Both the position numbers and the translations under genes were made by a program. A stretch of DNA of 38,251 bases from Pseudobdellovibrionaceae bacterium (GTDB taxonomy: Bacteria; Bdellovibrionota; Bdellovibrionia; Bdellovibrionales; Bdellovibrionaceae). Every line of letters begins with the position of its first letter. Position 1 is the stretch's first letter. Under the pieces are notes generated by a model, which saw nothing but the letters and a program-made list of their open reading frames with translations, did no database searches and had not been told where the DNA came from. Positions 1 through 9,694 of the stretch are shown here, one piece after another. The DNA lies in assembly GCA_044359815.1 (NCBI GenBank), contig JBIKLL010000020.1, forward strand, positions 1 to 38,251, in the 5' to 3' direction.

Positions 1-43
1 AGTCATTTTATAAAAGCAATTTTTTTGCTTTTATAAAATGACT
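1..43. repeat. Perfect 19-bp AT-rich inverted repeat with 5-nt loop; possible terminator or protein-binding site
   Basis: AGTCATTTTATAAAAGCAA (1-19) and TTGCTTTTATAAAATGACT (25-43) are exact reverse complements. It lies downstream of the minus-strand gene ending at 137 and may extend beyond the window edge. Confidence 0.8.
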
Positions 44-136
44 CAACACCAGATATGCCCCGCACGCTCGCTGCATGTGTCTAAAAACAGTAAAAACAAA
101 TTATCTTTGAATTTATGCAATACGAGATATTTGCTG

Positions 137-1318
137 CTATTTTGTTCCGGGCGGTTTTGATTCGGGAGTGGCTGCGGTGGATGCAGCTGGCGTCGCAGAG
201 GATGGCGCTTCGACCGCAGGGCTGGTTGACTGACTGTCATCCAACATTGCGCTGCCTGCCACTAACAACCCTCCGATGGCAGCAGCTTGAATGGCCGCTG
301 AAACCACAACCCTGGCCCCACGTTTAATCATAAACTGACCAAAATTATCAAACTTCAGACGTTTCAGGTAGGCCTTCATTTCCTGAGCTGTATTCACATC
401 GTCTTTGACGGTCATAGATCTTTGTTTACCGTTAAGCATGGTTGAGTTTTCAAAATAGTCTTTAAAAAACGCCTGGTAACTTTCGCGTTCAGCGGCTGTT
501 ATTAAAATCTTAAACGGCATCACGGCTCCATCGATCTCCAGGGCCGCCAGTTCATTAAGATTTGTACCATAGGCTTTTTGAATCAAGGCCTCGGGACCAG
601 GTGTGATTTTTACCTTTTGTCCGTAGCTATCCAATAATTTGATTTCATCCAAAATAGCGTCCCTTTGGCCGTTTTGATTAATGGGCCGGTATTGCAACTG
701 CAATTTGAAATACTGCCCTGATCTGGTTTTAAAACCATAGGCCACCTGAACCTCAGTGCGATCCAAAATGTCCTTTTCAACAGCCGGACGGTTTAAGTTC
801 AATGTTCCTTTTATCAGCCAAAACACACTGCCCTCTGCAAACAAAGTTTTATCCACACTGACGATCATGGCCTCTGACTCTTCAGGAGCAGATTCATCTG
901 ATGGTTGTTTTTGCTTAGGTGCCTTATCGCTTTCGGCTTTTTGCTCAGCCTTATCGACCTGCTGATCAGCAGTTTTGTCAGCGCCTGATTTGACCGGCTC
1001 TGCTTGAGGTTTCTCAGATTCTGATTTGACGGATTCGGCCTGATTTTTTGCAACTTCTGGCTTGGGGACTTCAACTGCAGTCTCTGCCGCCTTTGATTTA
1101 TCAGACTCTTTGGCGGGTGAGTTTCCTTTGGGGTATTTTAAGGATCCAACAGTAAAGTTATCTTCATTTTTGGTTAATTTGATGGAACCTATGATTTCAA
1201 AAACTTTTGGCAAGGACCTTGAATTTTCAGAGGGAAAGACTCCCTCGCAAGAAGTTAAATCAGCCTGAACACATTGACCCCAAACAAACACGGCAAAGAT
1301 TATCAGTTTTGATTTCAT
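137..1318 (-). CDS. Secreted hypothetical protein with low-complexity K/E/Q/A linker and C-terminal hydrophobic segment
   Basis: ORF 137..1402. ATG 1318 (after AGGG) gives the signal peptide MKSKLIIFAVFVWGQCVQA, followed by DLTSCEGVF. Duplicated QAE-x-VKS units in the linker; hydrophobic VVVSAAIQAAAIGGLLVAG near the C-terminus. Confidence 0.75.
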   Translation of the reverse strand: MKSKLIIFAVFVWGQCVQADLTSCEGVFPSENSRSLPKVFEIIGSIKLTKNEDNFTVGSLKYPKGNSPAKESDKSKAAETAVEVPKPEVAKNQAESVKSESEKPQAEPVKSGADKTADQQVDKAEQKAESDKAPKQKQPSDESAPEESEAMIVSVDKTLFAEGSVFWLIKGTLNLNRPAVEKDILDRTEVQVAYGFKTRSGQYFKLQLQYRPINQNGQRDAILDEIKLLDSYGQKVKITPGPEALIQKAYGTNLNELAALEIDGAVMPFKILITAAERESYQAFFKDYFENSTMLNGKQRSMTVKDDVNTAQEMKAYLKRLKFDNFGQFMIKRGARVVVSAAIQAAAIGGLLVAGSAMLDDSQSTSPAVEAPSSATPAASTAATPESKPPGTK

Positions 1319-1706
1319 GTCCCTAAAATATTTCTTTTTGCCATTTTTTGACACCACAGAGTGAAATACGTGTAATGAATTCAGCTGGCCCACTCTGTAC
1401 ACGGTGATTCTTTGAAGTCTTTATCACCCTAATTTTCAAACCCCTGCTGACCTTAGAGTCTTGATTCTATCTGATCATCAACAAACAAAGGGTAGATTTT
1501 TGTCATTTTACTGTAGGAACAAAATCTGAATTTTGCCAATCTCAGATCATTTAATCTTAAATTTCCTAAAATAAAAAACACTAAAAAACCCACTGAATTT
1601 TAAGAGAAAGTAAGAAAACGCCACGCAGAATAAATATTTTAATTATTTGTTGCGCACATACAAAGGGCTAGCAATGATTATTCTTACAACAACAAGGAGG
1701 GAAAAA

Positions 1707-3341
1707 ATGAAATCATTCATTTTTAGTTTGTTGGCAGCATCGTCTATTTTAGCGATAGCCAGCAGTCAGGCAGAAGCAGCCAGATACATCGTGGGAATCA
1801 AGGAACAAAATATTTTTTCAAGAGTCGCCGATCAAGTCGACTTGAGCCAAATGAATTCCATTGGGCTATTTGGGAACCGTGAAATCCAAGTCAGCTCAGC
1901 AATGAGAAACTTGCAAATGCTGGTGGTTCAAACAGATTCATCAGAAGCAATCACTAAATTGGCAACTGATGCTCGAGTGGAATTTGTTGAAGCAGAAACA
2001 TTTATCCCTGCTCCAAAACCCATCGAAGGATTTACCAGAACTCAACCATGGGACCTTTCTGCAGAATATTTGGCAGAAGCCCCAATTAATTTTGCACCTT
2101 CACGACCTTGGGGCATCACCAGCGTAAAAGCCGCTGAAGCTTGGTCACAAGGAGCAAAAGGCCAAGGTATCAGAATTGCCGTATTGGACTCAGGGATCGA
2201 CAAAGATCACCCATCATTGTCATCAGCTATCGAATCAATGCGCGATCTAGTTGGTGATGGCAATTCACCTTATCCCGCTGCCGATCAAGTCGGTCACGGA
2301 ACTCACGTTGCAGGTACTATTGCTGGCAGAATTTCAGCATCAGGATTTTCAGGAGTAGCTCCTGAAGCAAAATTGCTGGTTGGCCGCGTTTGCGGAACAT
2401 CGTCTTGCTCTATGATCAGCGTGATTTCAGGTATCGACTGGGCAGTCAGCGCAAAAGCTCGAATCATCAGTATGTCTTTGGGAAGCCAAATGGCTTCTTC
2501 GGCTGAAAAAATGGCTGTGGAGCGTGCTGCCAGTGCTGGTGTTATGGTTATTGCAGCCAGCGGAAACAGTGCTGAAGATTATCCAGGAAGAGTCGGATAC
2601 CCAGCAGCGTTTCCTACAGTTATGGCTGTGGGCGCGACCGATTCCGCTAATGCACGAGCTAGCTTTTCGCAATACGGAACTGAACTTGATATTATGGGCC
2701 CAGGGGTTGACGTTCTGTCCTCAGTACCAATGGGATCAGGCAGGGTCAGCGTAGTTCAAGTTGACAGCAACGGCCAAAGCAATGAGCTGGAAAGCCGAGC
2801 ATTTAATGCCAGCAAAGAAGCAAATTCACCGATTAGCGGAAAATTTGCAAACTGCGGAATGGGAAAATCCACTGACAGTTGCAATGCCAGCGGAAAAATT
2901 GCTTTGATCAAAAGAGGCGAAATCACTTTTGGTGAAAAAGCTCAGTTTGCACTCAGAAATGGAGCTAGAGCTGTCGTTATTTACAACAACACTTCAGGTA
3001 TTGTTAATGGAACCTTAAGCCAAGACGGTACAGTGATTCCCATAGTAGCTGTGGGCATTTCTCAAGCTGATGGCGAAAATATTTTGGCAGGTCTTTCTCG
3101 TGGCCAAGATGTTTCAGGCACAGTCAGAACAGACAAAACTGATTATGCTTCTTTTTCAGGAACTTCGATGGCAACGCCTCACGTTTCAGGGGTAGCCGCC
3201 TTGGTTCTGTCCAAAAAACCAAGCCTTCGTCCTTCTGAAGTCAAAAGAGCTTTGGAAAGCACTGCTACTAAAATCGGTTCAGCAACCGAATATGCAAGTG
3301 GTTTAGTGAACGCTGAAAAAGCCGTTGAATCTGTAAAATAA
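1707..3341 (+). CDS. Secreted subtilisin-like S8 serine protease with propeptide and PA-domain insert
   Basis: Catalytic motifs IAVLDSG (Asp), GHGTHVAG (His), SGTSMATPHV (Ser) and oxyanion AASGN; PA insert GKIALIKRGEITF...AVVIYNN. AAGGAGG RBS before ATG 1707; signal peptide. Confidence 0.96.
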   Translation: MKSFIFSLLAASSILAIASSQAEAARYIVGIKEQNIFSRVADQVDLSQMNSIGLFGNREIQVSSAMRNLQMLVVQTDSSEAITKLATDARVEFVEAETFIPAPKPIEGFTRTQPWDLSAEYLAEAPINFAPSRPWGITSVKAAEAWSQGAKGQGIRIAVLDSGIDKDHPSLSSAIESMRDLVGDGNSPYPAADQVGHGTHVAGTIAGRISASGFSGVAPEAKLLVGRVCGTSSCSMISVISGIDWAVSAKARIISMSLGSQMASSAEKMAVERAASAGVMVIAASGNSAEDYPGRVGYPAAFPTVMAVGATDSANARASFSQYGTELDIMGPGVDVLSSVPMGSGRVSVVQVDSNGQSNELESRAFNASKEANSPISGKFANCGMGKSTDSCNASGKIALIKRGEITFGEKAQFALRNGARAVVIYNNTSGIVNGTLSQDGTVIPIVAVGISQADGENILAGLSRGQDVSGTVRTDKTDYASFSGTSMATPHVSGVAALVLSKKPSLRPSEVKRALESTATKIGSATEYASGLVNAEKAVESVK

Positions 3342-3361
3342 ATTTTAGGTAACTTGAATTT

Positions 3362-3393
3362 AAAACGCTCACACTATGTGGGCGTTTTTTTTT
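3362..3393 (+). terminator. Intrinsic terminator of the S8 protease gene, overlapping the last codons of the convergent gene
   Basis: AAAACGCTCACA-CTA-TGTGGGCGTTTT stem (one G-U pair) ending in a 9-nt T run, about 20 nt after the stop at 3341. Confidence 0.75.
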
Positions 3394-4303
3394 GGCTTTG
3401 ATAAAATTCGACAAACTGATCCCAACCCGTCGACAGGGAAAACTGGCTCAGTAAAAAATCAGTTTTATCGGAATTCAGTCGGCTTAGTGGTTCTGAATAT
3501 TCTGTTTGTTTCAGAATATTAACTTCACAGGCCAAACCTGTTCGCGCCCTGACTTCACCGGCTAATAGTTTTGTAAATTGACCTTGAGAGAGTGCAAACT
3601 GACTGGGTCTGAAATACTGCAAATCGGAACTTAAGAAATGTTCATAGGCTAATGCAAGGGTTTGCACGAAAATATTATCCCTAATGTAATCTGGAAACTT
3701 CACATCAGCTGGTTTATTTTGCATCCATTGATCCATCAGATACCAAGTGTATTTTTTGTCCTCAAAAGGGCCAAAAGGATTGGGGATCAGAAATTTTTTA
3801 AATTTTAAATTTTGGCTGTGGCAATAGGATTTTATTTTTTCGCCTATCAGTGCTTTTGCTGTGCCATAGGGCGAAACAGCCACAGTGGGTTTGCCAAAAT
3901 CGCCTTCATTGGGCTCAAACACCGTCCCTGTATACAAAATCTGGGTTTTAGAATTTTTTAAGATTTCAAAAACTTTGTTAGCGTTGGCTAAATTAACCTG
4001 AACGCAATTTTGCACATCAAAATCTGGGCTTTTGTAATTGGGTATATGAGCCCCGTGCAGACAAATCACATCAAATTTATTTTCAGAAATTAATTTGCAA
4101 AATCCATCAGATCCAAAAGCGGCCTTAAAAACCGAATTGCAATTTGATCGAAGCTTCTGTGTCCTTAGGAATGATTTATCTGTCTGATAATCATCAAATC
4201 CCGATCTGGTAAATGTGCTGGTGACCGAGTGGCCTTTTTGGCAAAGAGTTTGATGGATCCAATAGCCTGAAAGCGAAGTAGCGCCGGTCAAAAGAATTTT
4301 CAT
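3374..4303 (-). CDS. NAD-dependent epimerase/dehydratase (extended SDR)
   Basis: N-terminal ILLTGATSLSG Rossmann motif, YGTAK (YxxxK) and PNPFGP. Confidence 0.88.
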   Translation of the reverse strand: MKILLTGATSLSGYWIHQTLCQKGHSVTSTFTRSGFDDYQTDKSFLRTQKLRSNCNSVFKAAFGSDGFCKLISENKFDVICLHGAHIPNYKSPDFDVQNCVQVNLANANKVFEILKNSKTQILYTGTVFEPNEGDFGKPTVAVSPYGTAKALIGEKIKSYCHSQNLKFKKFLIPNPFGPFEDKKYTWYLMDQWMQNKPADVKFPDYIRDNIFVQTLALAYEHFLSSDLQYFRPSQFALSQGQFTKLLAGEVRARTGLACEVNILKQTEYSEPLSRLNSDKTDFLLSQFSLSTGWDQFVEFYQSQKKTPT

Positions 4304-4336
4304 GACCAGACTATAAAAACCTTCAGGCCGGTTTGA

Positions 4337-6379
4337 CTACATACAACGCGGCATAGCTGAAACCAAGGCTTTGCACTGCTGGGAATCCAACTTTCTGTCT
4401 GCTGCAATCATAATCAGTCTTAGCAAAGCTGATGAATGCACGTCTTTATCAGCGGGCTTCAGTTTGTTATTGGAAAACCCTAATTCCTTATCGTAGTTAA
4501 GCAGAAAACATCCCATATTTTTTCCGTAATATGTTTTATCAGGTGAATTCTGCAGGACCTTTTCAAGAGTACGGCTAGAAAAATTATCAGCCCAGTCTTC
4601 TTCCAGATAAACATTTTTTGCATTTGGCTTTGGAGATTTAAATTTGTTTCTGTCATTAACACAGCCAATGGATTTAACCTGATTGGAAAGATTGTTTTTT
4701 GCTATAAAATTATAAATCAGATGCCCAACCTCATGGCTCAATACACCCAAACCGATCTCGGGTTTTTCAGCTGAATATCTGCTGGCAACAATCACGTTGT
4801 TGAAACGGTTTGAATTGTCAGATTGGCCAACGGTGAAGTAAGCTTGCACTCTTTTGTAGACTTCTGAATTTTCTACGATCTGCTTAAAACTGATAACATT
4901 GCTATCTACCGCCTCAGCTGATTGCCTGGTTGCTTTTTTCAAGACATCATCAAAAGCCGCTTTAATAAATCCGTCCATATAAACACTCACAGCCGTTTGT
5001 TTTTTTGCTTTATCACTAAATACTGTCAGTTTCTCAAATTCCATAGTCCGCTTTTGATCAACTGCCCGCAGATGTAATTCCAAAGCATCTTTTTTGTCTG
5101 CCAGATTTTCAATAATCACCTGAGTGGAGTCTATAATTTGATCAATCGACTTATGATGATTGGCTGAAAGCTGTTCTTTGGCAGATATTCTTGAATAATG
5201 TTTTACTGAGTCTACAACTTTATTAAATTTGTCCACGACCTCAGTCGATAGCTGTGGACTGTTTAAATAAACAATTGTGGGGACCATATGCAGGGCAACA
5301 CTGGTGACATTGTCTTCTGTGATTATACTTAAAACCTTAAGTCTTTGCTCAATAGCTTTTCGAACTACGGAAAAATCCAGATCAGGGATATTGCTGGTTA
5401 AAATATCCTCGGGCACATCCAGCAAAATCAAAACTGACGATATTTCCTGATCCCTAAGCTGTTCAAAAACAAATATCTTTTCTCCATTATTTAGTTCTGT
5501 CAGATTATTAATTTTTGCTTCTATGTCTTTGAAAATTGCAGTTTGCTCGGTCTCGATAAATTTTAATGCAGCACTGGCATCAATTGCTTTTTGAATTTCA
5601 GAATCAATCTGATTGACGTGTTTTTTAAGGCCCTGTTCAAAGGAAAGACCTGAATAGTTTTTTTGAATAAACTCTTCAATCGTCGTATAGGTTCTTAGGC
5701 TGTATTTTATTGATAAATCTATGACCTTTTGAACGTAAGGCCTTTCAGACTGCGAAAACTTTGATAAAACAGCTTCTTGATCCTTCTGAGAAAACTCAAA
5801 AACCGTAGTTCCTGTCGCAGAAATCTCAAGCATGGCTCTCAAAACAAAAATCATTTTGGCTGTCAGGACTTTCAGGTCCTTGATTTCTGTTTCATTCAAT
5901 TGGATTCCTGAATCAAGTATTTCAAGTTTTCTGTCAAGATGACGCCTTTCGAGATCTAGGTCTTTTTTGTACTCATCTTTTAGTCCTTGTAGCATCAAAG
6001 TTTCAGAGCCAGGGATAAACATTTTGCTTTTTATTTTTTCAGTGATTCGACTGAATCTTTCCGTAAAATCATAGGAAATATTTGTAAACTGACCAGTCTG
6101 TCCACACTGGGAACTGACACACTGACTGATGATTCCTTCTTGCAAAATAGATTCTTTAGACAGATCTGGATCGTCGGCGTGAGGATCTGCTGCCAGTTTG
6201 CCATCCAAAGATACCTTCAGCTTATCGCCGCCAGGTAAATTAATTTCCTGGGATTTATCAGGGGAGGAATCGGTCCTTTTATCAGGGACATCAATAATGT
6301 GAATTTCTTCACGGTCCCTTTGGCAAGCGACCAGGGTGCACACACTTAATATGATAAAACCATAAACGATTGTCTTCAT
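4337..6379 (-). CDS. Lipoprotein with C-terminal zinc metallopeptidase (gluzincin, M13-like) motifs
   Basis: GAGG RBS before ATG 6379; lipobox LVA-C; HEVGH, EEDWAD and DVHSSALLR motifs near the C-terminus. Confidence 0.7.
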   Translation of the reverse strand: MKTIVYGFIILSVCTLVACQRDREEIHIIDVPDKRTDSSPDKSQEINLPGGDKLKVSLDGKLAADPHADDPDLSKESILQEGIISQCVSSQCGQTGQFTNISYDFTERFSRITEKIKSKMFIPGSETLMLQGLKDEYKKDLDLERRHLDRKLEILDSGIQLNETEIKDLKVLTAKMIFVLRAMLEISATGTTVFEFSQKDQEAVLSKFSQSERPYVQKVIDLSIKYSLRTYTTIEEFIQKNYSGLSFEQGLKKHVNQIDSEIQKAIDASAALKFIETEQTAIFKDIEAKINNLTELNNGEKIFVFEQLRDQEISSVLILLDVPEDILTSNIPDLDFSVVRKAIEQRLKVLSIITEDNVTSVALHMVPTIVYLNSPQLSTEVVDKFNKVVDSVKHYSRISAKEQLSANHHKSIDQIIDSTQVIIENLADKKDALELHLRAVDQKRTMEFEKLTVFSDKAKKQTAVSVYMDGFIKAAFDDVLKKATRQSAEAVDSNVISFKQIVENSEVYKRVQAYFTVGQSDNSNRFNNVIVASRYSAEKPEIGLGVLSHEVGHLIYNFIAKNNLSNQVKSIGCVNDRNKFKSPKPNAKNVYLEEDWADNFSSRTLEKVLQNSPDKTYYGKNMGCFLLNYDKELGFSNNKLKPADKDVHSSALLRLIMIAADRKLDSQQCKALVSAMPRCM

Positions 6380-6511
6380 CTCAAATTCCTCTTCAGTTAT
6401 ATGAGTTTTTGGTGCAAGAGGCATTCGCACTGAAAACCAAATTAAACACTTTAGAACTTATGATTTTTTGAAAGTGACCAAAACGGCTAACATCAGTCAA
6501 AACCGTGAAAC

Positions 6512-6528
6512 TGTCTCGTTTTGAAACA
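6512..6528. promoter_or_regulatory. Palindromic operator-like site, TGTCTCA-N3-TGAGACA family, copy 1
   Basis: TGTCTCG-TTT-TGAAACA in the divergent intergenic region 6380-6606. Confidence 0.5.
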
Positions 6529-6606
6529 CTTTGATAAAAATTCGTATAAAAGTTCTGCAACCTGCTATGATTAAACCTTAAGGGAATGGCCGTTCGGGGT
6601 ACGTTT

Positions 6607-7569
6607 ATGGATGCGGCAAACACATTAAATCAATATATCGCTATAGATAAGCATGAGCTCATTGATGCCTTAGATCTGCCAGTTGATGTTTACGTCAGGC
6701 TGGGTGGTGACCGTTACATCTGCATCTGTAAACGAGGAAGTAAGTTTACCCTTGAATCGCTGCACGCCACACAAGACTCCTCGCTTAAACTGTTATATGT
6801 GACTGAAAATGACTATCCTAGTTTATTAAAATTCAATTTGAATATCTCAAGACATTTGTCAAAACTGCCATCCATCAGGCCTGATCAGAGCTTAAAAATA
6901 CACTCATCAACCTTTAGCAGCTTGCTGCGATCAATGAGTGAGTTCGGCATTGATGAAACATCCTTTGTGGGATCCAAAGACATTGCAAAATCAGTTTTAA
7001 ATTCAGTGCAAAAAAGGCCTGACCTACACCAGCTGATCACAAAAATTGAAGCATTGGGTCCGTTGATAGTTCAAAAAACTATGCTGACCACAATACTGTC
7101 TGCCAATGTGGCTATGATCATGGGTATGAGCCGCGAGCGAACCGAACTTTTGGTGCTTTCGGCACTGCTACACGATTTGGGATTAAAAGAAATCCCCAGC
7201 TACATTTTGGATAAAGCTCGCATAGATCTGACGGCTGAAGAGCGATCAACCTTTGAAACCCATCCATTCAGAGGAGCCGAACTGATCAGATCCTATGTAC
7301 AGAAAGCTCCTGAAGAATTAATTCAAGTCGTCCTACAACATCACGAGCTGGGTAACGGTTTGGGCTTTCCACAAAAACTAGATCATTTAAAAATTCATCC
7401 CTTTAGTCGCATTGTGGCTGCGTCTGATTGGATTGCCGACTCATTGATTGGGTTTTCCACTCAAGGCAAAAAAATGAGCTATGCCCAGGTCATCACGGCG
7501 CTGGAGACCCTCAACATCCCGATCAACCGACAGGTTTATACGATTTTAAAAACCTTATCGAAAAAATAA
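6607..7569 (+). CDS. HD-GYP domain protein, partly degenerate
   Basis: LLHDLG, FETHPFRG and QHHELGNGLGFP (GYP replaced by GFP). GGGG RBS before ATG 6607; extended -10 TGCTATGAT at 6563-6571. Confidence 0.88.
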   Translation: MDAANTLNQYIAIDKHELIDALDLPVDVYVRLGGDRYICICKRGSKFTLESLHATQDSSLKLLYVTENDYPSLLKFNLNISRHLSKLPSIRPDQSLKIHSSTFSSLLRSMSEFGIDETSFVGSKDIAKSVLNSVQKRPDLHQLITKIEALGPLIVQKTMLTTILSANVAMIMGMSRERTELLVLSALLHDLGLKEIPSYILDKARIDLTAEERSTFETHPFRGAELIRSYVQKAPEELIQVVLQHHELGNGLGFPQKLDHLKIHPFSRIVAASDWIADSLIGFSTQGKKMSYAQVITALETLNIPINRQVYTILKTLSKK

Positions 7570-7619
7570 ACATCTGGTATTTTTAAATACAGAGATAATT
7601 TGTTTTGCCGATAAGGTTT

Positions 7620-8924
7620 TTAAAATAATAAATCTATCAGTAAAAAGGCGCCGGCAGCGGCTCTGAATCCGTAGCTTTTAAAAAAATCTACGTGGGGAGT
7701 TATCTGATAGGACAAAATATTTTTGTACAGAATATGGTTCCACGAAACAGAAATAAAATAGCCATTCAAATGATAATTAGGCTGATTTTGTGAATTAAAA
7801 ATCAGACTGTAGGACAATGAAGCTCTGCTAGTTACTAGTTGTCCAAAGGTAAACCCGTTGTTGACAGAAAACAAATGCAGCTTTTCACCATAATCAGCGT
7901 CGTTTACCAGAGTGAAAGAAAATATCTCAGTCAAAGGCGTGCTAAAATTCAAGGATGTAAATATACCCGCGCCTTTTACAGGACTGGCGTATAATTCCAG
8001 CTTTGGATTAGTGGAAAAGTCCCCGACTTTAGCTGATGATTCAAAACTAAGTGATTGTGAAATTTTAAGGGAGCTTCCAAATTCGATCCTGGGCTGGTAA
8101 GCTGTCCTAATATTGCCGATTTCGCGAAATAGCCCGATGGTTGTACCGTAGTTTTCCTCGCGAGGTTCCTGCCTGAGATAGCTTTTACTGGCCCCCCTGC
8201 GCTCTTCGCGTTCATCATAACTGGTGAATTTAAGCTGCCAATAATCTTCGACATTGGGTAAATGCAAATTGGCATTTATGCTGGTTGAATTTGAAACTTC
8301 CTTACCCTCAGATGAAAAAGTCGCGTTTTCGACTTTGATGGTGGATCTGTTTTTTCTGTTAGTAACTTTTTTGCCAATTAAAAATAAATCCAAACCTTCA
8401 GCTGCAGAATCAAACCATTCCGAAATTGTAATATCCCCTCGTATAAATAGCTCTTCAAGAGTCAACCCCCTTCTGGTTTCGGAATCAAAATTCATCTCGG
8501 GCTTACTGATATCCTGATCAGAATTGACCTGCATATAGTCATTGGCAGTCGGCTGCACTGCTTGATTGGAATCAGCGTCCGAAGCATCCTCAATGGACAG
8601 ATTTTCGCTTTCAGGCTTTGAAGCCACTTCGCGAGCAGAGTCCTTTGTTTTTTTAATCATTTTATTTTTTTTGATTTTATCTTTGGTAACTTGTGATTTT
8701 GCGAATTTGCTGTCCGTGACTTTTTCTTTAGCGGGTTTACCTTTGGCTGCCTTTGTAACTTTAGTTTTTCTAACTTTTTTTACTGATTTTGTTGAATTAT
8801 CCTTAATCGTGGTGAGTTCTTGCCCCCAAGCAAAAAATCCAAATGTTAAGGCCACAGTTAATATGTATAATGACAATCCAAATCGCACTTTAAAAAACTC
8901 TTTAAAATTATTTTGATTTCTCAC
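7620..8924 (-). CDS. Hypothetical exported protein, probable outer-membrane beta-barrel with Lys-rich N-terminal extension
   Basis: Signal-like segment ending FFAWG, Lys-rich disordered stretch, amphipathic beta pattern and C-terminal Phe (LLIDLLF). Start uncertain (GTG 8888 is an alternative). Confidence 0.6.
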   Translation of the reverse strand: MRNQNNFKEFFKVRFGLSLYILTVALTFGFFAWGQELTTIKDNSTKSVKKVRKTKVTKAAKGKPAKEKVTDSKFAKSQVTKDKIKKNKMIKKTKDSAREVASKPESENLSIEDASDADSNQAVQPTANDYMQVNSDQDISKPEMNFDSETRRGLTLEELFIRGDITISEWFDSAAEGLDLFLIGKKVTNRKNRSTIKVENATFSSEGKEVSNSTSINANLHLPNVEDYWQLKFTSYDEREERRGASKSYLRQEPREENYGTTIGLFREIGNIRTAYQPRIEFGSSLKISQSLSFESSAKVGDFSTNPKLELYASPVKGAGIFTSLNFSTPLTEIFSFTLVNDADYGEKLHLFSVNNGFTFGQLVTSRASLSYSLIFNSQNQPNYHLNGYFISVSWNHILYKNILSYQITPHVDFFKSYGFRAAAGAFLLIDLLF

Positions 8925-8953
8925 TAATTATCAATCAACTTAGTGCTTTGTGC

Positions 8954-9604
8954 ATGAAAAATATTTTTTTATTTAAAGTTTTTATTAGTTTTGCCTTTAG
9001 TTGTTGCCTGGCTCTGACCGTGGCCCACAGTTATGATCCAAAAGAAGGCAACGTCAGCGCTACCTTTGGTCCTTTTGTTCATAAAACTAACTATCCAGGA
9101 TCAACATCAGGAGTCATTTCACCCTGGATGGGAGCTCCTGCCATGATAGTCCAAGGCGATTTCACCGATTATAGCAGCCTTGAAATAGCTTTTTTTCATC
9201 TTAACAAAGTTTTTATCCGCGAAGAAGGCGGTCGTTATATATCTGAGGAGACACAATCTCTGCATACGACTTTTGGATACAGGTACTGGTACAACCCTTA
9301 TCTGTCATTTTCCGGGTCTTTATTCACAGCCTATACGATGGGTGAACCCAAGATTGTTCACAGTGATTTCACCCCCCCTGACTATATCGCCACTTCAGCC
9401 AGGGATATTGTGGAATACGGAATTGATTTTTCTATTCAACAAGAGCTTATGAGTTTTGAAACGATTAATATAGTTGCTGACCTTCGATATTCACTTTCTG
9501 TAACAAATAAAATATCTGAATACGGCGACCACTACGGCTTAATGATTGGTGTGAAATATTTAATCCAAGAGCGCTTTAAGAGGGATTCAAGCTTTCCGCA
9601 ATAA
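8954..9604 (+). CDS. Hypothetical exported protein, probable small beta-barrel
   Basis: Signal peptide ending AHS; alternating beta strands (FGYRYWY, LMIGVKYL). ATG 8954 preferred over TTG 8948. Confidence 0.6.
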   Translation: MKNIFLFKVFISFAFSCCLALTVAHSYDPKEGNVSATFGPFVHKTNYPGSTSGVISPWMGAPAMIVQGDFTDYSSLEIAFFHLNKVFIREEGGRYISEETQSLHTTFGYRYWYNPYLSFSGSLFTAYTMGEPKIVHSDFTPPDYIATSARDIVEYGIDFSIQQELMSFETINIVADLRYSLSVTNKISEYGDHYGLMIGVKYLIQERFKRDSSFPQ

Positions 9605-9694
9605 ATCCCCATCCTATAAAGGAATTTGGTTTAAAAACACCGGATTAACAATTTAGCGAATGGTCATGACAGATCACGACCACTCATTAGAGTT

